64,000 bases of DNA. Source: Chrysomallon squamiferum. Its lineage: Eukaryota > Animalia > Mollusca. The DNA is taken from the NCBI GenBank assembly GCA_012295275.1, contig CM022675.1, positions 13,640,001-13,704,000 of the forward strand. The letters are read 5' to 3'. This document shows, piece after piece, positions 56,150-64,000 of the stretch. The translations under genes were made by a program, and so were the position numbers. The stretch's first letter is position 1. Each line of letters begins with the position of its first letter. The notes beneath the pieces were generated by a model. The model saw only the letters and a program-made list of their open reading frames with translations. It was not told where the DNA came from and made no database searches.

Positions 56150-56612
56150 AATAAATAAATAAATAAAGTAAGATTAAGGAAAACGTTTTCGGTGGAACAA
56201 CACATTTTTTTTAACGGAATAAAATTCCATTTTATCAAAGAGCTATTTAATACTTGTGTTTCGTGTAGAATATATTACTTGTGACGTCAAGCTGTCTGTT
56301 TCTAGCATGCTCGCGCATCATTTATAATTCACCCTCCGGTCCATGCCAGCAAGATAGTATATTCCAGACAGCGACTCTTAAAATTCGGCAACTAGTGTGA
56401 GGTGAATTAAAATAGAAAGATTTACCACTTTTTTCTCTTTTTTCTTTAAGACGATGCTTGGAATATTTATAATTAACCTTCGTGGTATCGCTAAACACGG
56501 AAAAATATAAAAATACCAATCGATAAATAAATAAATTTAAATTTTCGTCCTGATTCTCTATCTATCTACCTATCTCCCTCCCTCTTCCCCCTCTCTCTTT
56601 CTCTCTGTCTCC

Positions 56613-56782
<170 letters not shown>

Positions 56783-56940
56783 ACTGGAACTTACAACCTA
56801 TTTCAATGTCATTACTGATATTAAGTGTAGGTGTATTTATTTCTCTGATGTGAAGTTTGACTAGTCTGTGGCGAATATTAACGACACAATAGTATCCACA
56901 AACATACGCACTAAGACACACCTCAGTCTATCTCCATGCG

Positions 56941-56989
<49 letters not shown>

Positions 56990-57610
56990 GAAACAAAACT
57001 AGCAGAACAAATTTGTCACAATTACATAGTAAAACACGTTGTATTATTACGTCCAACAGCTCAATAATCTAAAATCAAAACTTGATCAAACAGCGTCCCA
57101 CACAAACCATCTCCTCGTGAATTAGACAGCCATTAATTTCATTAAAACTGCAACAACAAAAACCTCGCTCTCATCTGTGACTGTCGACGGCAGTAAAATA
57201 TTTACTACGACGATCGAATTTCAAAGACAGCAAACGTTTTATAATTACAAAAATGAGCTCTCTCTGTTACTAGTTACACTGCGTGAACCTTTCACGAAAT
57301 TTGTCTCGTGTTCTTTTGTAAATATATCTGTGTGAATTTGTTAGATGTAATGCTAATGTTTAATGTATATTTTCTTTCTTTTTTTTTTTTTTTTCTTAAA
57401 TTAGATTTTAAGGTGTACCTCTATCTCTTTCTGTCTCGCTCTCTCTTTCACACATACTCTCTCTCTCTGTTTCTCTCTCTCTCTCTCTCTCTCTCTGTTT
57501 CTCTCTCGCTCTCTCTTTCACACTTTCTTTCTCTCACTTTCTCTCTCTTTTTCTGATGTTATGTTATTCAATCATTCAACTTTTCAAGAGAGACTCAGAG
57601 AGAGAGAGAG

Positions 57611-57757
<147 letters not shown>

Positions 57758-58828
57758 GGAGAGAAAGAGGGGAGAGAGATGGGTTGGGAGGGAAATGACA
57801 GAGAATGAGGAGAACGAGGAAGAGAGGAAGAGAAAGACAGAGAAAGAGAGGGAGGAAGAAAGAGATTGACAGAGAGAGAAAAAGAGAGAGAGGGGGTATG
57901 CAGGAATAGAGAGTGAAAGAAAATTATAGATGGAAGACACAATGAGAATATTCTTGTAAAAATATGTAACACACTGACACATTAACAGAAAGAAAGAAAG
58001 AAAGAAAGAATGAGTGAAAGAAAAAGAAATAGAGAAAGAGATATGGTAATTGTCTAACAGTGGAATCTACTATCGTACTTGTGTGTGTTTAAGGAGATAA
58101 AATTGATGTTTTCAGACTCGTTCTGATAACTTAGGTTAGAAAAATTATTGATTGTGGTGAGCAGACACACACACGGACAAAAGACGCGACTCTTGAATAA
58201 ACTGAACGAGTTGAAATCCATACTGAGGCTGGCAGAAGAAACCATTAAGTCAAAGATATCGTCACTGAATTAAATATGACTTAAAAAGGGAAAAGTCAAA
58301 CTGATAAATTAGATATAAGATGAAGACTGAATTATTTTAGATTATTTTCGTAAGAAGTTAAAAAAAAAAAAAAAAGAAGAAGAATGAAGACAGATTTAAA
58401 AGAAGAAGAAGAAGAAGAAGAAAATCAAGAATAAGAATGAAGAGACAGTGAAAAAAAAATAAAAGAAGAAGAAGTAGAAAAAAAAAATAAAAGTAAAATT
58501 TTAAAACGTGTTCATATTTAAGACCAAGTCGAGACAGTTGTTAGGTCGGTGCACTGGTTCTGCGCGGTCTTTCAGTGTGTTTCTACTGGTCACCGGGCAA
58601 TTTCAGTCTCTCGTCATCGAACCACGCTATTGGTTACCGCGAAAGACCGCGAGCAAACGGGAGAGCCAGGCCCGCGCACGTTACTTTAAACTTTCAATAA
58701 TTTCATGTCACGCTTCTCACAGGTTGATGCATCATTTACATCAATTAATTAAAGACGATCTATCACGTGACTGCTGCCTAGCCCCGACCTCTGGAAAAAA
58801 GCCACCCTCCCACTTCGTCTTGGGAGCA

Positions 58829-58838
58829 TATATAAAAT
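58829..58838 (+). promoter_or_regulatory. TATA box of the kinin precursor gene
   Basis: TATATAAAAT ~70 nt upstream of the ATG, in a CpG-rich region with TCACGTGA (~58763) and ATTGG elements. Confidence 0.65.
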
Positions 58839-58904
58839 CAGGATTCGCTTTCGATGTGGAATTACGGCATCGCAGTTCGACGTCAACGTAAACTACGTGT
58901 CAAC

Positions 58905-59537
58905 ATGTCGTCAAAAGGTGTGCGGGCCAGAATAGCGTGCTTGATCTTCGCGTCGATATGGACAGTGGTGCTGTGTGAAGAAAGCGCCGTGGACGCTGGG
59001 TCTGACGTAGATGGGTCGCAGGCGTCTTCGTTCAAAAGGGCGGTGTTCAGCGCCTGGGCGGGGAAGAGGAGCAGTGATAAATCGGCCTACCTTTCCGACG
59101 CCGAGAAAAGGGCGGCTTTTTCCTCGTGGGCCGGGAAAAGAGACGCCTGGCAAGAAAAACAGACAGACGTCGGCGACGTTGGAGACGTTTACGACTTCGT
59201 GGAAGCGAACGCGAAACAAGGAGACGTTTCCCCAGGCGAAAAGAGAGCCTCGTTTTCATCGTGGGCCGGGAAAAGGGGCCCGTTCTCTTCGTGGGCCGGC
59301 AAGAGAGGCCCGTTCTCTTCGTGGGCCGGGAAAAGGGCGGGGTTTTCCGCGTGGGCCGGGAAGAGAAGCAGCGGCCTGCACGATCAGTTGCAGCTGATAA
59401 ACGAGCTGCTGGAAAAGTTGGTGTCGCGCGCCATAAAGAAAAGAATGTTCAGTGCTTGGGCTGGGAAACGTGATCAGCAAAACAACGACGACCACGACGT
59501 CACGAGAAGGAAATTCTCTGCCTGGAGCGGGAAATAA
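58905..59537 (+). CDS. Leucokinin/lymnokinin-type (kinin) neuropeptide precursor, 210 aa, single coding exon
   Basis: ATG at 58905 in a caacATG context, followed by signal peptide MSSKGVRARIACLIFASIWTVVLC. Eight dibasic-flanked, Gly-extended peptides follow: AVFSAWA, AAFSSWA, ASFSSWA, GPFSSWA x2, AGFSAWA, MFSAWA, KFSAWS. These fit the F-x-[SA]-W-x-amide pattern of molluscan kinins (lymnokinin PSFHSWSamide). Four 30-nt tandem units span 59241-59360. Confidence 0.93.
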   Translation: MSSKGVRARIACLIFASIWTVVLCEESAVDAGSDVDGSQASSFKRAVFSAWAGKRSSDKSAYLSDAEKRAAFSSWAGKRDAWQEKQTDVGDVGDVYDFVEANAKQGDVSPGEKRASFSSWAGKRGPFSSWAGKRGPFSSWAGKRAGFSAWAGKRSSGLHDQLQLINELLEKLVSRAIKKRMFSAWAGKRDQQNNDDHDVTRRKFSAWSGK

Positions 59538-59649
59538 GAGTAAGTGTTTTGCAACGTCGTCGTAGGTGATGATGTTCAGTTGATGTTTGTGGATATGTGA
59601 CTGAAATTTTGTGTTAATACGCATTTCGTTACACCTGGTAGCATCTGAA

Positions 59650-59744
<95 letters not shown>

Positions 59745-59917
59745 AAAAGTATATATCGTTAATATAATATAGAAAATACACGTTTCTAAGATGCTTTTAA
59801 TCAAGATAAAGAATATTTAACACACTGACAACATCTAGTATCTACAGATATGTTGTATATTATTACAAAAAATTATAAGCCATTTTTGAATAATACTTTT
59901 AAAATGTCTGGTAAATA

Positions 59918-59952
<35 letters not shown>

Positions 59953-60374
59953 AATAATACTAATAATAGTAATAATAATAATAATAATAATAACAACAAC
60001 AACAACAACAACAATAACAATAATAATAAAATAATACTAATAATAAAATAATAATACTAATAAAATAATATTAACCATAACAATCACCACTACTACTGCT
60101 ACTTCTACAAATACTACTACTATTACTACAATGATGATAAATAATTATAATAAATCATTGTTAATAAAACTTACTCTATTTTGTATGCAGGGACATAACG
60201 TTTTAAAATATTTAATGAATTGTAAAATCTTTCTACATGCATTTCCTTCGTGTTTTACTTTTTTTCTTTTTTTTTCTACTTTTTAATTCAGTTATGTATG
60301 TATTATACATCTAGTATGTAAAAAAGCTAGAAAATGCATTTTAATTTCATTAAGTTACGCTTTCATTGCAAATA

Positions 60375-60407
<33 letters not shown>

Positions 60408-60912
60408 GTGATGATGGTGGTTAGTACAATGACCACGAAGTAACGCTGTGAAAAGAGTTTTGCGTTGAAAAACGTCTAACAAAAAAAAACTTCTCCGAAA
60501 TAATTGAAAATTACAATTCGTAAAATTCATCTATTCATTCTCTCATTCTTTCATTCAGTTTCATTGTCTTTTTTATTTTTCTTTTCTTTTTCTTATTTTT
60601 TTCTTTTTTCATTTCATTTTCTTTTTATTCGTTCATCTTTCATTCTTATTACTTAATCTTCCTTTCTTATTTCCACTACTTTCCTGTCGCTTTTTGTTTT
60701 TTCTTTCTGTTGTTTCTCTCTTAATTTATTCCTCTTTTATTTCTTCTTTGTTTCTTTCATTTATTTTTCATTAAAAAACCAGTTTATTTTATTTTCTGCT
60801 CGTGAACAATAGGTAATACGTAATAACTGTTTGCGGCAAAAAACTACAGCGGATAATTTTAATTTTCTTAATTCATTTGTAGTATTCTAAGGATTTAATA
60901 CAAGAAATTTAA

Positions 60913-60963
<51 letters not shown>

Positions 60964-61699
60964 ACAAACAAACAAATAAATAAATTAATAAACAAATAAA
61001 TAAATAAATAAATAAATAAATAAACAAACAAACAAACAAATACATTAATTAATAAACAAATAAATAAATAAAAAAGTAAACAACAAAGATGATGATAATA
61101 ATAAGCAACAACATTTTTTTAAAAAGAAAGCAAAATCAAAAAAAAATATAATTCATTGCAGGTAATCTGTTATTTTTCAGGTTTAAAGATTACAAAATAT
61201 CTCGAACAAAAATACGCATCTTGTAAAAACTACGTTTTCTTCTTTTCTATAATAAATTAATTTTAAAAATAAATGTATAAAATAAAATAAAATAAAACAA
61301 TGTAAAGTGCTGTAAAATAAAATAAAATAAATTATAGCGATATGAAATATTCACATGGTAAATTTCAGCAACTTTCTATATCATATTACAGTATAATATT
61401 ATATAATACAATACAATTCTATGTAATATAATATTATATAAATATAAATATAATATAATGAAATATAATGAAATATAATATAATATAATATAATATAGTA
61501 TAATATAATATAATTTAATATAAATATAAATATAATGAAATATAATGTAATATAAAATAATATAATATAATACAATACAATATAATACAGTTTAATAAGC
61601 AAACAAATTAATAAATAAAACAAAAAAAAACAACAACAACAAATAAGCAAATAAATAAAAATAAATAAATAAATAAATAAATTTGTTATTTGTTATCTG

Positions 61700-62070
61700 C
61701 GTTTCCACAGAGACGAACTTCCGGTCACGTTGTATGGAAGTCACTTCCGGAAATGCACGTTCTCGCACTTTTGGCAAACTTTTCACTCACTTCATGAAAC
61801 TTGACAAAAATTCGTACATTTACATCATCAAACACTGTTTTGTCGGAATTGTCGTTTTCGGAAATTAATGCTTTGTTTGACTTGTAATTAGACTGTTTGA
61901 ATAATGAAGCCATTGGCCGAGTATTGCTCTTTGCGGCACTTGCCAATATTTACTTTATTATATTTGAAGATCGATTGACAGAAAACTGCTGTGGAATTTG
62001 CTCAGCGGCGCCAGTCATGGTGTTTAGTTGGTCCTGTCTTGTGAAAATAGTGTTTGGCTTTTGTAGAATG
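61700..62070. promoter_or_regulatory. CpG-rich island with paired ETS-type ACTTCCGG motifs (promoter-like, gene not identified)
   Basis: acttccggt (~61717) and acttccggaa (~61743), plus CCAAT words on both strands (~61911-61947). Confidence 0.35.
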
Positions 62071-62103
62071 TTAAATGTAAAGCGAAATAAGAGCAGACAG
62101 AAG

Positions 62104-62248
<145 letters not shown>

Positions 62249-62367
62249 TCATTCTATAACATTTTAATCGGTTCATTCTTCTGTCATTCCTGTTCTGATG
62301 TTCTTCCTATCTTCCTTTCATCTTTTCCCATAATTTAATAGAAATTCAGTGAATCTGAAAGATTTGA

Positions 62368-62435
<68 letters not shown>

Positions 62436-62568
62436 TAATGCCTTAAAATAAATTCTTGGTTAAAAAGAATCTTCACTATCTGATATTACTAAACAATAAA
62501 CTGTGGGATAAACAAAATAATAAAACGAAATTAAACTGATTCCTATATTTTTTACCTCTCTCTCTCTT

Positions 62569-62666
<98 letters not shown>

Positions 62667-63443
62667 GATTATTAACTGTCTAATGATTATATACTGACAC
62701 GAATACAAACCTGTCTTTGTTCATTAACGTGTCTGAACAAACTGAGAAGCAGATTTCAAACTGTCACTTTTGTCAAAGTGTTTTTATCGCTAGTTTGTTT
62801 TTAATAAAAGATGTTTTTAATGGAAAGGTCAGCCGCTTACTCACATTCTTATCTGTTAGCGTATATCTCTTCATACGCGTACTAACAGACAAACAGACAC
62901 ACAGATACATACGTGTGGACGTAGGCAAACGGACACGCAACAAAACACACACATACACACACCAGCAGATAGAAGTATATCCAGAAACACGTGCGTTCAC
63001 ACACTCTCAGACGTAGATGTAAATTCTACGTTCTCTGTGAAGACAAATTTTGTAAATTTTGATAGTTCTAACACGAAGAAATTAGCGTGTAGCTCTCTGT
63101 CTGTCTGTCTGTCTGTACACAGAAAAAAAGAAAATATAAAAGTACCAATCAGTGAATACGATATTGTACCTGTATCTAAGTTTGATTTTATTTATTTCAG
63201 TGTTTGTATCTGTGTGTGTATACATTTGTGTTTGTGTATGCATGTGTGTGTGTGTGTGTAAAATTCCTAAAAATGTTAGAAAATCTGTCTGGTTTACTCA
63301 GATCATCCTGTGTCTGCAGTGAGTGAAGGATGACAGGCCAATGTTAGCACCAGAACACAACAAAGCGGTAACACTTAATTACACTGTGAAGAATGAGTTC
63401 TTCTGAAACTGAACATTTTTTACTCCAAGCTTGTTCTTAATGC

Positions 63444-63477
<34 letters not shown>

Positions 63478-63594
63478 TATATACACATACATTCATACAT
63501 ACATACACATATATATATACACATATATATATATGTATATATATACATACATACATACATAATACATACATACATACATTCATACATTCATACA

Positions 63595-63626
<32 letters not shown>

Positions 63627-64000
63627 CATACATACATACATACAACTATATATATATATATGAAATCTGCAATGAATTATTTTTTTCTGATTTTGCTTTA
63701 TTTCTAAAAAAAATGGTGTTGCTTATTAGTATCATCATCTCCGTTGTTTACTTTTTTATTTATTTATTTATATATATGTAGACATACGTACTTCATACAT
63801 ACATACACAGATTTATTCAGTTGTACTGTTATCTGCTACACATCAAACAGTCTGCTCTTTCTACAAACCCTTAGCTCTGTGGATAACGATCATCAAATCT
63901 GTGCACATTACTTTAAGTTCAGTGATTACATACACTTCCTGTAACATATATATGCACGCATATGTGAGTATCTATACAAACGTACATACATACACACACA

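Noticed and set aside
58854-58904. N-terminal extension MWNYGIAVRRQRKLRVN of the 227-aa kinin ORF
   Set aside because: The ATG at 58854 lies only ~17 nt after the TATA box, probably at or before the TSS. The ATG at 58905 has good context and directly starts a signal peptide.
58911-59804. Overlapping alternative-frame and antisense ORFs across the kinin gene
   Set aside because: By-products of a GC-rich, repetitive coding exon.

Overview
AT-rich, microsatellite-dense animal genomic DNA, most likely a mollusc (probably a gastropod, judged from the neuropeptide sequences). Almost all ORFs in the supplied track are microsatellite artefacts. Splicing GT-AG exons by hand recovers six genes. (1) Alternative oxidase AOX copy 1 (+, 1003-5488, 5' exon uncertain). 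(2) A second, complete and diverged AOX paralog (-, 21456-16548, 10 exons, 336 aa), tail-to-tail with copy 1. (3) A mitochondrial acyl-CoA dehydrogenase (-, 29363-22997, 9 exons, 426 aa). (4) An IAH1-type GDSL/SGNH esterase (+, 30609 to 34929/34993), head-to-head with the dehydrogenase and carrying an apparent 1-nt frameshift in its last exon. (5) An FFamide (SIFamide-family) neuropeptide precursor (+, 44953-45225). (6) A leucokinin/lymnokinin-type precursor with 8 peptides (+, 58905-59537). The most notable observations are the duplicated animal AOX pair with contrasting CpG and regulatory context beside an ETF-linked dehydrogenase, a ~50-nt copy of an AOX exon inside an IAH1 intron 32 kb away, tandem duplications seeded at splice sites that create decoy acceptors, and two linked neuropeptide genes in a CRE-rich domain with a CTCF-like site between them. 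All coordinates and translations were derived by eye; no database searches were run.
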